Of a DNA stretch of 64,000 bases, positions 1 to 14,597 are shown in pieces. This DNA comes from the human T2T-CHM13v2.0 reference genome, Homo sapiens. The stretch's first letter is position 1. Each line of letters opens with the position of its first letter. Location of the stretch: the NCBI RefSeq assembly GCF_009914755.1, contig NC_060926.1; one strand, 5' to 3'. Both the position numbers and the translations under genes were made by a program. Below the pieces are notes generated by a model that was given only the letters and a program-made list of their open reading frames with translations, ran no database searches and had not been told where the DNA came from.

Positions 1-643
1 TATGCACTATTTTCTTAAGAAAAAGTCTATAAAAGTGTACATGACATTTCTCTTTTGCAAATAGGCATATGTAAAGTATGTTTTTAAAAAATGTTGCATG
101 ACAGGGAAGAACTACTGAATTAGAGACGGTTGGTTGTTAATACTTTGCCATGATTGAGTTCTCAGCAAGTGGAGTGTCATGGAGCAATGGAAGGGGACTA
201 TGTTCTCCCAAAGCTCCCCTGTCAATCAGAAGCACACAGGTGGTCCTAGAGAAGGGTGGATGCTGAGTGCAGAGGGTGCTGGGCTGCTCCAGCCTCACCC
301 CATCAGGAGCTTTAAGTGCTCCATCCAAAGGGTCTTCGAAAGAATAACCAGTAAGAATCCTGCAGACAATAACTCCAGAATTTCAGGAGCACTGTTCTTT
401 CCTTGACAAAGTGCTTTTCATGTTTCATCGAATTAGAAGTAGCTCCTGTTACCAAGGGAATTCGGGGTTTGGTCTTGGTCTCAGCGAGCCTGCTGACTGT
501 ACTGAGGCGCCTGAGGAAGTGGTGCAGTTGCCCCATGTCCTGGGTCCAGGGTAGAGCCCTGCTGAGCATCAGCCTTGAAACTCACGGAGGCAGGCCCGCT
601 CCCGTCGCTGCGGGGCCTCCTGGACAGCTCTCTCCCTCCCCAG

Positions 644-773
644 GTGGAATGCGTTCGAGGTGCTCGCCCTGGACGGAGTCAGCTCTGGGATCCTCCGGTT
701 TTACACAGCCCAGGATGGCACCGACTGGCTGCGGGCGGTCTCAGCCAACATCAGGGAGCTGACACTTCAGAAC
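644..773 (+). CDS. SNTG2: Syntrophin gamma-2 internal coding exon (probably exon 10), 130 nt
   Basis: Pyrimidine tract and acceptor ctccccag|G, donor AAC|gtgagc. Translates (R)WNAFEVLALDGVSSGILRFYTAQDGTDWLRAVSANIRELTLQN and joins the next exon in frame. Confidence 0.95.
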
Positions 774-2481
774 GTGAGCACACGGTGTTTCTGAGTCTCT
801 GCTGATGCTCATTCGTGCATGAAAAATAATGGAGACATCATGTTTCTGATGATTTATGATTAACCCAAAACAGAAAATCATGTACTTGTTTCAATGTGTC
901 AAATCTATGTCTAAAAACATTAAAAATCAAGCCATCAGAATGTTTCCAAATCAAAGAGTAAGGCAATGTCTAACAGCTGAGAATTTCCCATCTGGTTTTG
1001 TCTTCCTCCTCCCCTCTGTCTGCCTCTGTCTCTCTCCCTCCCTTCCTCTCTCTTTCTCTCCACACACATATACAGAAATAGTTATATGTCATAATTTTAT
1101 ATTTTACCCAAATGCATTGATACAGTGTGACATTTTGAGTTGGGGAAACCTAATTGAGTTAAAAGTATAATTCTCCCAAACATTATGAAGATTTAGAAAA
1201 AGGCATAATTGAGCAAAAACATTACTTCTCAAATTTGTACTGCAGTCCCCCAGAAACGAAAAATTATTCTGTCCCCTTAAGTGATGTTTGATATTAAAAG
1301 TCAACAGGATTTTAAAAATTAAAGAAATGAAAAGAGATGGGGTGGGAACGAAGACTTGATGACACGGGCGTTGCCTGGAGTGATGGGTGCCTGGACTCGG
1401 ACATGGAGCCGTGGCCGCAGCCCTGGCAACTGTGGCAGGACTGGCCGTGCCTGGAGGCGGCCCTGGACCAGCCTTGCTGCCCTTGCTCCCTCTAAGCTGA
1501 GTTGCCCTGTAATTGCACTTCGATCCCTGCTCTGTTCCTTCGCAGCCTGGAGAATGCAGAGGCTGGGTCCAGCTTGCAGACTGGCCAGGCGTGGCCCACC
1601 CTGCGGCCCTGCAGATGCACCCGCCCTGCCCCTGCCCTGCCCACCACCTCACGTCTCCCTTGCAACCTCCCTTCTTCCTGTGGCTGCAAAACAGAAGTTA
1701 ACCTAACACTGGGGGAAGCAGCAATGTGTGACATTTCTCCTGTGAAGACCTCAGGGGCTTCCTTTCTGCAAGCAGAGAAGGAAGTACCAGGACCTTCCTA
1801 ACATTGTAGTTTTCAAACGCAACACTTTAAATTCCAAAGTTATCTCAATAAATAGGGAAGAAAGGATGGTGCTTGACTCATATTTGTGACGAGGAGTGCC
1901 CTTCAGTTCTGTCATTTCACAAATCAGCCCTCATAGGCAGGGCAGAGAAGTCAGACACCCCAATATTTCAGAACAGAAATGTGGACTCTGAGCCGCCTCC
2001 CGGCTGTGTGGCTGTGGGCTGTGGGAACATTATGATTCTGCACCCCCACTTCCTCGGTGAAATTTTGGAAAACAACATCTACCTCCATAGGTCATTGGGA
2101 GAACTAAATAAAAGAAAGAATATCAACTGTGATCACCGTAATTACCATCACAGTAATACTGACTCTCACAAGGTTATGTAGAGCAGAAATCATTTCCTCA
2201 CTTTTCTCAGATATTGGAATTTAAGCACCTGCTCTTGAAGTGTAACTTCACTTACATAAATGCTGATATTTGAAAAAGAGGAACTGAAGTCTGCTAGTAA
2301 AGTTGTTTTCTACTGCTGCCATGTTTGTATTGACTCTGGCTAGGTCTTCAGATAGGAAATATGTCATTAAAGAGGCCTGTTTCCCAGGACAGAGCGTGGC
2401 TGATGACTTCCAGCTGTCACTCAGGTGAGCCATCCTGGTGTTGGTGGCTGTGGCCCTGACTCTTCTGCCTTCTCTCCACAG

Positions 2482-2520
2482 ATGAAGATGGCGAACAAAT
2501 GCTGCTCTCCTTCCGACCAG
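2482..2520 (+). CDS. SNTG2: SNTG2 coding exon (probably exon 11), 39 nt
   Basis: Acceptor tctctccacag|ATG, donor CAG|gtaggg. Encodes MKMANKCCSPSDQ, phase 0-0. Confidence 0.93.
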
Positions 2521-2597
2521 GTAGGGTTTGTATTTTCTGCTTCATGATGTAACACATCAGGTAGGGTTTGTATTTTCTGCTTCATGATGTAACACAT
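2518..2597. repeat. Perfect 40-bp direct tandem duplication covering the splice donor of the 39-nt exon
   Basis: CAGGTAGGGTTTGTATTTTCTGCTTCATGATGTAACACAT at 2518-2557 and at 2558-2597. Confidence 0.97.
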
Positions 2598-4202
2598 CTC
2601 GAAAAGCAGTCTCTGGGTTTTTGAAATTTGATTTGAAAATGTTGATAGGAAAACATTAGCACATTTCAGACTGCATTTGGTGGTCTCTGCCCTGCCTGTT
2701 AATTCTATAAAACTGCTCTTTCTGTGGGAATAGCATAGGTCATTCTGATCTCCTGTGTATAGATTATTTCTCTATTGGCAGTTATGTTTTGTAAAGAATC
2801 GTGATTTAAATGATGATTTAGATATGATTGTTTAAACTGAGAAGGGCTTTGAGATGACACACCTGTGTAATTTGAAATTTTAAGCATTATATTATTTTCT
2901 TAAATAAAATCCTTACTAGGAAAGCTTCATTCTCAGGAGGGCTTTGGCCCAGTGGGTGTTATTGCCAGTGGGTAGGATCCTGTCATCCCCAAATCCAGGC
3001 AGTTTGTTCACCTGGAGCCCAGAGCCCTTAATGTTGTCCTGGATTCAGGATAGCTACCTTTGTAGCCACCCTCAGGCCTGATTTTCTGCTCACTTCCCAC
3101 GTCTATGAGTACTTAGGAAAACTCTATGGTAATCAAGCTGTTTCAATATCAGCCAAATCAGTTTTTAAGCCACTGTGTTATTCTTCTGTTTCCTTTATAA
3201 TAAACTTATGATTTAACTTGTAATGTAAGGGAGTATGTTATTTATAGTTCATTCATTTTCTGGTTATATCTCTTAGGGGCGTAAGGAAGCATGCATCATA
3301 GCCTCAAGTTAAGAAAACTGAGAAAAACATGTTCACTTTGCTTTAAATAGCGCACAAAAGACTTTAAATAGTGCTTAGCAAGAATATTTGAATTCACGAT
3401 GGAGGACTTGAGAAGAGCAGGTCCTCTGCCTATGAAATATTTACTAAAACAATGGGAAAATAGGGCTGTGTTTTAAATTAAACCTCTCTAGTCAACATTT
3501 CTACATTAGAAAAGAAACACTAAGAATAAATGGTTCTTCTAACTTTTATCTCTTTTAATATTATTCTAAAATTACCATCATTTTTGTTTACATAGATATT
3601 TTATGATTAATATTTCTATAAATTCTTCAAATTAATATAGGATTCATTTCATATTCTTATACATAAAATATCATTTCCCTACTATGTGTTTTTGAAACAG
3701 AAGTTCTGAAACTTTTCCACAAAGTACATATCTCTCTATGGTTCACACAGGAAACAGCCTTTATCAAGGCTGGTGGGACAGTGGGCCAAAGTTTTGACAT
3801 GATCTCTATGAATAATTTACCATTTTGAAATTGCATCTTATTCACACACGCCAAATTAGCAAAATGTTTCCTGAGATCCTCTTTATGGCAAAGCTGAGAC
3901 TCTTCCGAGATCTTAGGAGGAGCCGCAGCTTCTGGTATTTCTCAGTGTTGGCTGCTTCTTCCCTGTTTCTCAGTTTGTTCGTCATGAGGACAGCCGTCCT
4001 CTCCCGACCCTCAGAGGGGTTGTCACCTTGCAGACAGATCCTTGATGCTAAACAGTGATGTCCGCAAGTGGAGAGCATACGTGGGAATGGGCAGCATTTA
4101 TGGACTTGGCCTTTACGTGTTTCAGAGAAATGCTGACTTTTGTAGCTATACTGGAATTACTCCTCGTGTTGGAAAGAGCACTGCTCCGGAGAGGAAAGCA
4201 TT

Positions 4203-4367
4203 TTCTTTTTTTATTATTATTATACTTTAAGTTTCAGGGTACATGTGCACAACGTGCAGGTTAGTTACATATGTATACATGTGCCATGTTGGTGCGCTGC
4301 ACCCAGTAACTCATCATTTAACATTAAGTATATCTCCAAATGCTATCCTTCCCCCTCTCCCCACCCC
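4203..4367 (-). mobile_element. L1PA 3' end fragment (L1PA4/5-like)
   Basis: T-rich tail then ttattatactttaagtt...gtacatgtgcacaacgtgcagg...ccccacccc, the reverse complement of the L1PA 3' UTR. Confidence 0.9.
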
Positions 4368-6409
4368 TTAATCCTCCTTATCATCAACTGACAAGAGAGA
4401 ATGATGAAATAATGGTTCAGAGAAATGTAAAAACCTGTAGGGAGCACAGTTTCCGCTATGGAGCACATTGAAGGAGCATCTTCCAGAGACCTCAGAGGCA
4501 GTGGGCGGCCTTGTTTTTGCTTCATCTCAGTGAAATTCTCCCACATATTAAGCCTTGTGTATTTCACATCGATCTTGGTGGCCTTGTTTGACAAAGCAAA
4601 AAGCCAAAGGCAAACCCTGGACCTGATAACCCTGACCAAACCCTTCTCTGGTGTTGTAATTTTAACAAATTCACTCCTGAGGCTTAATTTCTTTATCTGT
4701 AATATAAGAAAGTTGTACTGGGTAATTTAAGGTCCTTTTTACAACCTTAAAAGTCCTATACAACTTTGAATTTACTTAGCAGCTTGGAGTAGTTTATTTG
4801 GAAATTGATCTTAGAGCTGAGCTTCATTATGTAGGATGATGAAGAACTAGCCCTGCTATATCCGGATGCGCTTTTGGTGGAGGATGGTTTCACGTTTTCT
4901 CCAAAAGTGGTGTGCTTTGTACAAATGTTAGGAGTTTAAATTTAAGACATTAGGCCCTTTAAAACAGAAAGAAAATTTTTTCTCACTCTGAACAATTCAT
5001 TCTTGATTTTGGTATTTAACAAATAATTGTGAGATAATTGTTAATGTGAAAAATGCGAATTTTATGTCAAAAAAATTTATGTGAAAGGATAAATAAAGGT
5101 GTTTAACAACCACTGAAATTGGCAAACAAAAACACACAAAAAACAGAATTAGGAGAATACTACAAAAAGCATAATGTATGCATTTTTAGACTCTCATATC
5201 TGGTATATAAAATAACCAAATAATTTATCATACAAACCAGAGCACTTTTGTCTGGGACAAAGACTAACCTGAAAACATTACCAAGATAACTGCAAACAAA
5301 CATATGCTCACCCCACCAAATAGCAAGCAGCCCTATTTCTTTCCAAATTAAACTTATTTTTGAATAACCTGAATTTTAATTTAGGTAGCTATTGATGATG
5401 CCTTAATTGCCAAATCTCCCTGACCCCCTGCAGAAAACCCTAAATAACACAGGTAATTCTGGCTTTTTCCAGCTAAAGGAAAAGACCAGCTGCATGTTAT
5501 CATCTGGTGGACGCTTAACTAATTATCTTGACTGATGGGGTGAAAAGAAGAGGACTCTCTTATAGAAATGGTATCAGAAAAGATAAAAAATATATTTCTT
5601 TATTATAATGGTTATGACATCTTTATTAAGGTGGTACAGTCAGGGAGATGTTTCTAAAAGTATAATACACACTTCTTGGAATGTGTAATTAGAAAATTCA
5701 TAATGTAGAAGATAAAATTAGCTTTGCTTAAAATTATTTATGAACTGCATATACCTAAGAAAGATTCAGAAAGCATCCGATGTTTCCAACAATAGCAAAG
5801 CTATAACGTATTTCTTTGCTAAATCTAGCATAATTCAATTACTTGTGTGATTTAATTAAGCTCATGCAACTAACAGGCATTTCAGATTACTGGCGGTCTA
5901 TTATTGCCATCTTGGGCCAACAGTAGCTCTTTATTCACTCCTTAATACATAACTCTCCTTGAACTTTGTGCCAAACACTGTGTCAACCCGATATAGAAAA
6001 GAAGAAGAGCCCAACACTGTCCCAGCCCAGGGGGAAGAAAGAGCGAGCAGCCCTGGGGAAGGGAGGTGGGTGTACAGCTCATGGGGCCTCCCAGGTCTGG
6101 GTGCTCGGATTCCAGCTGGTACCTGCAGCTCCTCAGAAACAGAGTAACTCTGCTCAATCAGAATTAGATGGTAATTCCACCCTTGATCAAGTTCTCCTCC
6201 AAAAAGAAGGCTTGCTGCTGCCATGCTGGAAAAAGAATCCCAAGTTCTCTATTTTAGCCAAGATTCAAGAATGCATACTTTCAACTTTCTACTCGCCCTT
6301 GATCTACCTGTAATGTAAATCAATCTCTCACCCATCTGTCCTCTGTATTTAGATATTCCTGAGTGTTACGGCCGTTAGATTAAGTTCCTGCACATCAGTT
6401 TCCTATTCA

Positions 6410-6940
<531 letters not shown>

Positions 6941-7148
6941 TCAGACCACGTTGGCAGGGACCTGCAGAAGGGGATGTGTTCGCCATTCCCTCGTTTTTTG
7001 TTTCGTTCTTTTTTCTGGATGTGATTATTCTGTACTCCTCCCTCTTACTAACTTTGTGATTTGACGAGGATATTGGTGTGACTCCTCGTAATAAATATGG
7101 GGTCAAACCAGACTTTTTGTGCTTGTTGCTGATTCTTAAAAGTTTGCA

Positions 7149-7522
<374 letters not shown>

Positions 7523-7673
7523 CTAATCAGTAAAAGAAAGGTCTTCCACTCAGCCATCCTGACAAATACAATAAGCTTGTTTTTGCCTGCTGCAGTTATC
7601 CAGCAGCCAGCTGCTCCGAAGATTTAGATTTGAAGATATGGTCATCATTGTTTGTGAAACCTCGCCTAATAAG

Positions 7674-8027
7674 GCCATAAAAAATGATGAGTTCATGTCC
7701 TTTGTAGGGACATGGATGAAACTGGAAATCAACATTCTCAGTAAACTATCGCAAGGACAAAAAACCAAACACCGCATGTTCTCACTCATAGATGGGAATT
7801 GAACAATGAGAACACATGGACACAGGAAGGGGAACATCACACTCTGGGGACTGTTGTCGGGTGGGGGGAGGGGGGAGGGATAGCATTGGGAGATATACCT
7901 AATGCTAAATGACGAGTTAATGGGTGCAGCACACCAACATGGCACATGTATACATATGTAACCTGCACATTGTGCACATGTACCCTAAAACTTAAAGTAT
8001 AATAATAAAAAAAAAGGAAAAAAAAAA
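7674..8027 (+). mobile_element. 5'-truncated L1PA (L1PA3-like): end of ORF2, 3' UTR and A tail
   Basis: gccataaaaaatgatgagttcatgtcctttgtagggacatggatg...gctaaatgacgagttaatgggtgcagc...aataataaaaaaaa. Confidence 0.93.
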
Positions 8028-10072
8028 GAAATAAGTCCTCCTCAAGAGCTTTAGCAAGGCACTCAAATGTGCGTAAGATGACCTGGGCAGCCTGCTCAGG
8101 GCCATGTGCCTGGTCTTCCTGGAATGTGAACTCTTTTCTTGCTGAACAAACTGCCTGCATAATATTCTTTTCATGACTGTGTGGAAGCCACTGTGTTTGC
8201 AATTGTTTTTAGTAACTATGCTTCAAATGAATCCTATCTTAAACTGTACAAATCACTGCACTTGTGCAGTAGTGAGCTGGAATTAATCACGCATTGAATT
8301 CATGTTAATTATGGAAACATCAAGCATCTGCTAAATTTGCTAGAAAAAGATGCATTTTTAAATGGAGGCTTTTATGATTTACAGAGTATAAATGCTAGTG
8401 TTATAACCAACAAAAATATAAGTATGTGACCCAACCAGACAAAAAAGGAAAAAATCTATTAGGTATTTTAAAATAATCTGTGTATTTGGTTTCAAATTCA
8501 GACACTGGAGGAGTAAATTACACATCAGTGGCTTTTCCAGGTATGAATGTCCCTGGCATTTGCCCCCAGCTAGTGCCTTATGAGGGATTCCTATGGGACA
8601 CTGTGAAATTCCCGTAATTCTCACGTGAGATCTAGAATTCTACCCGTTTCATGATGGAAAAAGAGAGCCTTGGCAATGTTAAATGTGCTTTGCTGGGGAG
8701 GGTCTCGGGGAAATAAAGTCGTCCTGTGTTACTGCAACATTAACCCCATACCACATCTATGTGGTTCCTGAGCCTCCATGGGACGTAAGTATAACCCACT
8801 AGGAACTTGGAAGTTCATGATCCAGTGAAATATTTGGGTTACTTTGAAAAGCCTTCTAAATCCAGAACAGTCAAGAAAGACAAAACTAAAACGTTTAATG
8901 CATCAGGGGATTCATATTCAACACTGAAAACCATGATGATAGCTGTTCGGCTACGCGTCCCCGCCCTACAAGACAGTGCTCCTAATTTTCTTTCCCATTG
9001 CTAGAAATACCGTTTGTAGAAATCTGATTCTGTCCTCTAGCATCTCGACTTCCCAGGAAGTCTCTCCAGCTTAAGAGTGAAGACCTTCAGTGGTTTATCA
9101 AGTAAATAACAGAAACAGGATGCGCCCGTCCTGGAGCTGGCGCCGGCTGTGACGGGACTTACCTGGGCGGCTCCAGCAGAGGGCACTTCGTGGGTGCATG
9201 GGGCTTGCACACTTGAGGGGTGTCCAGGTCCCAGCTGGTTCTCAACTTTTAATAGCTCATCGGTCAGTGTCATTTGGTAAAGTGGTTGGGATCTCTGTGA
9301 TAACTTATTTTTATTTTTTTAAGTTTTTAATGCTAAGCATATGTTAATAGGTTTTCCTTGAAATAGAATGAGAAAATGAAAGAATTATAATGAAATTACT
9401 CCTGGTACTTGCTACAAAATATGTCACATTAAAATTTTAGATAACATGGATTTTTCTTTAATATTAGATTGAATTCATGCACTGAATTCTTAAATTGGAT
9501 TATTATTTAAATGTTTTTGAATCATATTCTGATTTTGATAGGTTGGATTTTATATCATACGGCTCAAAATATTCACTGCTCATTGTAAGAATCTAATATT
9601 TTACATTATTTCATTGTTGTTAAGAAGTTGAACCATAAAGAGAAACAATTATTTTTCCACATATGCCAACTTCTATGTTCACTATAGGAATGAAAAATAT
9701 AATTAGCTGTTTTTACTACCTCATAGAAAAATCTGAAATACTACCTTCTAATAGAATATAATTCAATACAGTCGTTTTAAAAGATAAACCAACAACTCTA
9801 AGGCAGCTGAGAAGTCCATTGGCCAAAACTGAAAGTGCTCATATATAAAACCTGGTTCAATGCAAAACTGAATTTTTAATTCAAGATGTGATTCATTCCT
9901 ATTGTGTGAACTTGATTTGGAAACTTGGACATCTCCACGTTTCTCCCGTCTCCTGATTCTGGGTGTGTTGACCTGATGGGATCATGGCTTGCTCATGTGC
10001 TTAACTCTGCTGCTGTGACAGTATGCCCTCATTAAGGCTTGGTTTGTAATTTTCAAAGGTTTCCCTCTGCAG

Positions 10073-10189
10073 GTTGTGCATATGGGGTGGGTAAATGAGA
10101 AACTCCAAGGAGCTGACTCCTCTCAAACCTTCAGACCCAAGTTCCTAGCACTGAAGGGCCCGTCCTTCTACGTTTTCAGCACTCCTCCG
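10073..10189 (+). CDS. SNTG2: SNTG2 coding exon (probably exon 12), 117 nt, start of PH domain
   Basis: Acceptor ccctctgcag|GTT, donor CCG|gtaagg. Encodes VVHMGWVNEKLQGADSSQTFRPKFLALKGPSFYVFSTPP, with the syntrophin PH signature HMGW..E. Confidence 0.96.
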
Positions 10190-10964
10190 GTAAGGATGCT
10201 TTTGACACTCCACAGGGAGGGGCTGCTGGGAGGGCTATTCCTGTAGGAGGGGGAAAGCTACATCTGGTGTTTGGAGGAGGACAGACAGAGTGCTTGGTCC
10301 TGCCGTTTGCTGTTTCTACATGGTTGGAAAGGATTCTGCTTGTAGATTGCTTATTTCTTGCTCCAAATTTATAAATTAACCCATTTCTTTCTTTAGTTCA
10401 AATAGCCATTAAGATATTGTAGAGCTTATTCCTTCCTCAAATTCCAGCTGGTTTGGAGGTGGGATGCAGAGGCTCTGTGTCTTAGAGGATCAATTATGTA
10501 GTTGAAGAAGCCAAGAAACATACAAAATACAACCCTCTTTTTAGACGTTTCCAATTTCTAAATTTTAAAAGCTTTTATTCCCGGATGTCTCCCAAGTTTT
10601 ATTTAAAAAATAAGCAGCCTGCTTTAGTGGGGTCCATAATATAAATTTATGGCTGAATGCTATCGTTCTGCAATTTCATTTTCCAGTGCCCACCGGTACC
10701 ATTCTCCCCAAACTGACTGAATGTAATGTGTAATGTCTAGAAGTTTATCAATTTAAACAGCTTTACTTTTGAGAGTCTGACCATCAGAACTGCAAGCAAA
10801 CTAAAAACCTGAGAGCTTCAGGTACCTACACGTTTTGGATGCATGTCACGTGCAGTGTTCATGGGACTTTTTTCCATTAAAAGGAAATGAAAAGATAAAA
10901 CCAAGTTTTACCTCCAGACATCAAGACAGTAATACCCTGCCTGTCTTTTCGTTGATAAGGATGG

Positions 10965-11230
10965 CTTTTTAAGTAAGCGTTTTACTTGAGAATCATTTCA
11001 GATTTATGGAAAAGCTGCACATTGAGTGCAGAGAGCCCCGTCTGCCTCCACTCAGCTCCCCTGATTTACACAACTTACGTGGCCATGGAGCATCTGGCAA
11101 ACCACCATTTGACAATGATGCAGCATTACTAACCACACTTCGCCCTCCAGTCAAACTTCAGTTTTTCTACTAATGCACTTTTTCTGCCCCAGAGATAACA
11201 TAGGATATCATATTGGCTTTAGTTGCAAGG
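10965..11230 (-). mobile_element. Old L1M 3' UTR fragment
   Basis: tttcagatttatggaaaagctgcac...gagagcccc resembles the reverse complement of L1MC/MD 3' ends. Boundaries are approximate. Confidence 0.5.
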
Positions 11231-13099
11231 TTTTGAAATAAACCAGCACTTTGTGCTTACTGCACCTAAATGTTTGCATGAATAATGACTGAATTCCCCT
11301 CAAAACAAACATAACCATGTTCTTTAACATTTACTGCTAATTTGCTCCATATTTTCAAATTCAAGTCCCAGAGGTGAACGTCTGATTGGCTGGGCTGATT
11401 TTGTTTTTGAGCAGAGCTAAGATATTCATGCCAGCTCATCTCAGAGGTATTGAAAGACTCGGAGGAGGTGGCTGGCACCGCATGTACCCAACCTGGACCA
11501 CGTACCACTGACACTGGAGATGCATGAAGGGGCTGAGGTGTCGGAGGACTTCCATGGACCCATATCACTCCATGTGTTACCTGTGTGGCCTGTTTACCAG
11601 TTGGCCTTTTATGGAACTCAGGGATTCTTCAAACCCTAATGGGCAGATCCTAATTCAATAACCATTGAAAAGCAAGGGTTCAAAACAGACAGGTTTCTTG
11701 GCCGTGGGTCTTCACGGAAGTTATGTCCTGCCTTGGGATGCTCCGAGTGCTGGTAGCATCCAACTCATCTCAGCAAGGCCCGGCTGGTAAACTGATTGCA
11801 GCGTCACAAAGTGTCCCTGGAATTGCTAACGTGCGTAAACTCCTTTGTAGCTTGTAGTGCACTTCTGTCCATTATATAATTTGATTCTTGAGACAACTGA
11901 AGGCCCCTCATTTTAGTGATGAGTGGCAAGAGCACACAATATCAGAGCTCCATCTTGATACATCGTAACTGTTTTATCATGGAGACCTATTGTAATATAA
12001 ATCGATAACTAAAAATAGGTATTTTCATCTTAGCAACACATTGAACAGACACATTCACTTGCTTTTTTTTTCTCATTTGAGTCTTGCTTTTACAGATGAA
12101 GGTCATGTGTAAATAAAATAGTAAACAAATATACTTGACCGAGGATTGTTTTGGATAATTTATTTAAAATCCTCTCTTAATAGACTGTGGGTTGTATTAA
12201 CTGCATTTAATACCAGAATATTCTTACAATGTACTGAAAATCCAGAGTGCAGGGAGTATACTCTCTCTGGTCTTCTTCCCCGGTGGGAACCACCTAAGTA
12301 TGTGGCCTGTCATTGTTCTTCTTGATACTTGCTCTCATAATTTGTTTGAAACTGGCTGACTTTGCCTGAAAAAAGTAATAAATACAAATAAGCAACTTTC
12401 CTTCAGTATTCATTTGTATTCTGCTTAGTTGTAAATTATGAGACCCTGACTATGTTTGATTTTGAAATAATTCTTTTAAAGAAATCCTAATGTATCTAAA
12501 TTTTAAGTTGTGCTTCTTTTTCTTCATACCTGCTGTGGGTAGAGAGTCCATTTCTTATTTTAAATGCAGTTTTGTTTTGTTAAAATGCAGGCGAGTCTTC
12601 CCTCAGGGCCCTGAGGTCGCTGCCACTCACACTGGCCGGGCAGTGCAGCATTTGCAAGGGACAGAGAATCATTTCCTGGGGGTCTGAAACCAGGATATGG
12701 TTGTGGAGAGTGAGGGCTGAGGAGGGCGCATGGCACTGGGGTGAGGACCAGGAACCTGCCCAAAGCCACAGGACCAGCCGTGCGTGCCGGGAAGCCAAAG
12801 TCACATTTCTATGTGTCCAGGAAGGAACTGGAAATCGCAAACTCCTCATTCACGTAGAGGAAGTGCCCACACCTTAGCCTGCTGGGTTGGTGCTTCCCTC
12901 CCCCAGGGCTGCCAGCCTCCTGCCCCTTCCTCTGGCCCACAAAGTCCGTGCTCTGTCTCCGCCACCTGGCTTTGCCATGGTTTGTTAGGGTTTCTTTCTT
13001 GGTCATTTAAACTATTTGAAAACAATAAAAAACTAGCAGACAAACCCTGTATGTTTCCTCTGGCAACATCTGCTTGTCCATTCCAGATGCTGCAGCTCC

Positions 13100-13540
13100 T
13101 CCCTCCATATCTCTCCCTGTCTCTCTGTCTCTGTCTCTCTCTGTCTCTATTTATATCTCTTTCTATCCCTCTCTCTTTCTCCACCTGTCACTGTCTTTGT
13201 CTCTATCTGTCTGACTCTCTCTGTGTCTCTTCCTCTGTCTGACTCATCTCTCTGTCTCTTTCTGTCGTCTCCTTCTCTGCCCACTCTTTGCTCCTCTCAA
13301 GGTCTCTCTCTTTCTCCATCTGTCTTTGTCTTTGTCTCTCTCTGTCTGACTCTATTTCTCTCTATCTCTGCCTTTCTCTCTGTCTCTCCTTCTCTGCCCT
13401 CTTTGCTCCTCTCGAGGTCTCTCTCTTTCTCCATCTGTCTCTGTCTTTGGCTCTCTCTGTTGGTCTCTCCCTCTCTTTGTCTTTCTCTCTGTCTCTCCTT
13501 CTCTGCCCACTCTTTGCTCTTCTCGAGGTCTCTTCCTTTA
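13100..13540. repeat. CT-rich low-complexity repeat with internal repeated blocks
   Basis: (TCTCTG/TC)n, with the block ctctttgctcctctc(a/g)aggtctctctctttctccatctgtct recurring. Confidence 0.9.
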
Positions 13541-14149
13541 CTTGCTTTCCAGTCCCTCAGAGACAGTTTCATCTTTGGTGTGGGAAACTGTGCCTTATCT
13601 TGTATTCATGGCCCCTTTCTTGTCTTTTCCTATAAAAGTTATCTATCGTCTCTTTCTCCTTCTGCATACACTCCGGAACATTCCTAGAACATGATTGTTT
13701 TCATTAACTTCTTATTTCTAGTAATTTCTGCAGAAGATGACTTGGCACCATCTCCATTCTCTCTTCAGAGCCATCAGCAGGGCTTCTTTCCATCATTGTG
13801 GTTCTGAAGGCCTCGCTATTCCTTGTAAAGGGTCAGCGAGGACCCGAATGAGCCTAGAGAGTAATTCTCAAGATTTCGTAAACCTGTGAAGTTGAATTAG
13901 CCCCAGATAGATTTACCATTAGGCTGCAATTTAAGGAAGCTGGATGTTACTCTAAAGTGTATGCATCCATCCAAAATGGTCATTGACAGTTTAGCTGCCC
14001 AGATCTCTGAAATATAAAAATTTTGTTATCCTCAAGTAAGCATAGTTTCATAATTTAAATTTTTAAGTATAAATATATAACTGTTAATTACACCAATATA
14101 GACTGCACAGTCTGTGAAGCTTTTGAGTCTAGTAGTGCTTAGGAAGCTC

Positions 14150-14597
14150 ACATAGACCCACACACATGCACACACCACACACCACACACTACACACACCA
14201 CACACACACCACTCATGCACACACCACACGCACACCACATGCACACACCACACACATGCACATACCACACACATAACATATGCACACACCATACAAATAG
14301 AACACACACCTCCCACAGGCACATACCACACACACCACACTCATGCACACACCACACACACCGCACACACACCACACAAACCCCACACACACCACACATG
14401 CACACACCACACACACATCACATGCACACACCATGCACACCACACACACAACACAAATAGACACACACCCCCCACAGGCACACACCACACACACACTACA
14501 CGCACACCACATCTGCACACCACTCATGCACACACCACACACACGTGCACACCACTCATGCACACACCACACGCACACCCCATGCACACACACCCAG
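14150..14597. repeat. CA-rich degenerate repeat (CACAC/CCACA/CATG)
   Basis: Seen directly. It produces the His/Thr-rich and Val/Cys-rich ORFs in the track. Confidence 0.95.

Noticed and set aside
1104-1801. Cluster of overlapping 60-180 aa ORFs (similarly 46394-47118 and 62408-63061)
   Set aside because: These are GC-rich intronic or LTR-derived sequences with no recognisable domain, as expected by chance.
2211-2430. Cryptic exon ending at CAG|GTGAGC (2424) just upstream of the 39-nt exon
   Set aside because: It would leave only a 57-nt intron, and the candidate acceptors give a stop or a frameshift. There is no support beyond the motif.
7674-8027. Young, active L1HS-Ta insertion
   Set aside because: The 3' UTR has GAG, not the Ta-diagnostic ACA, and the element is only ~350 bp.
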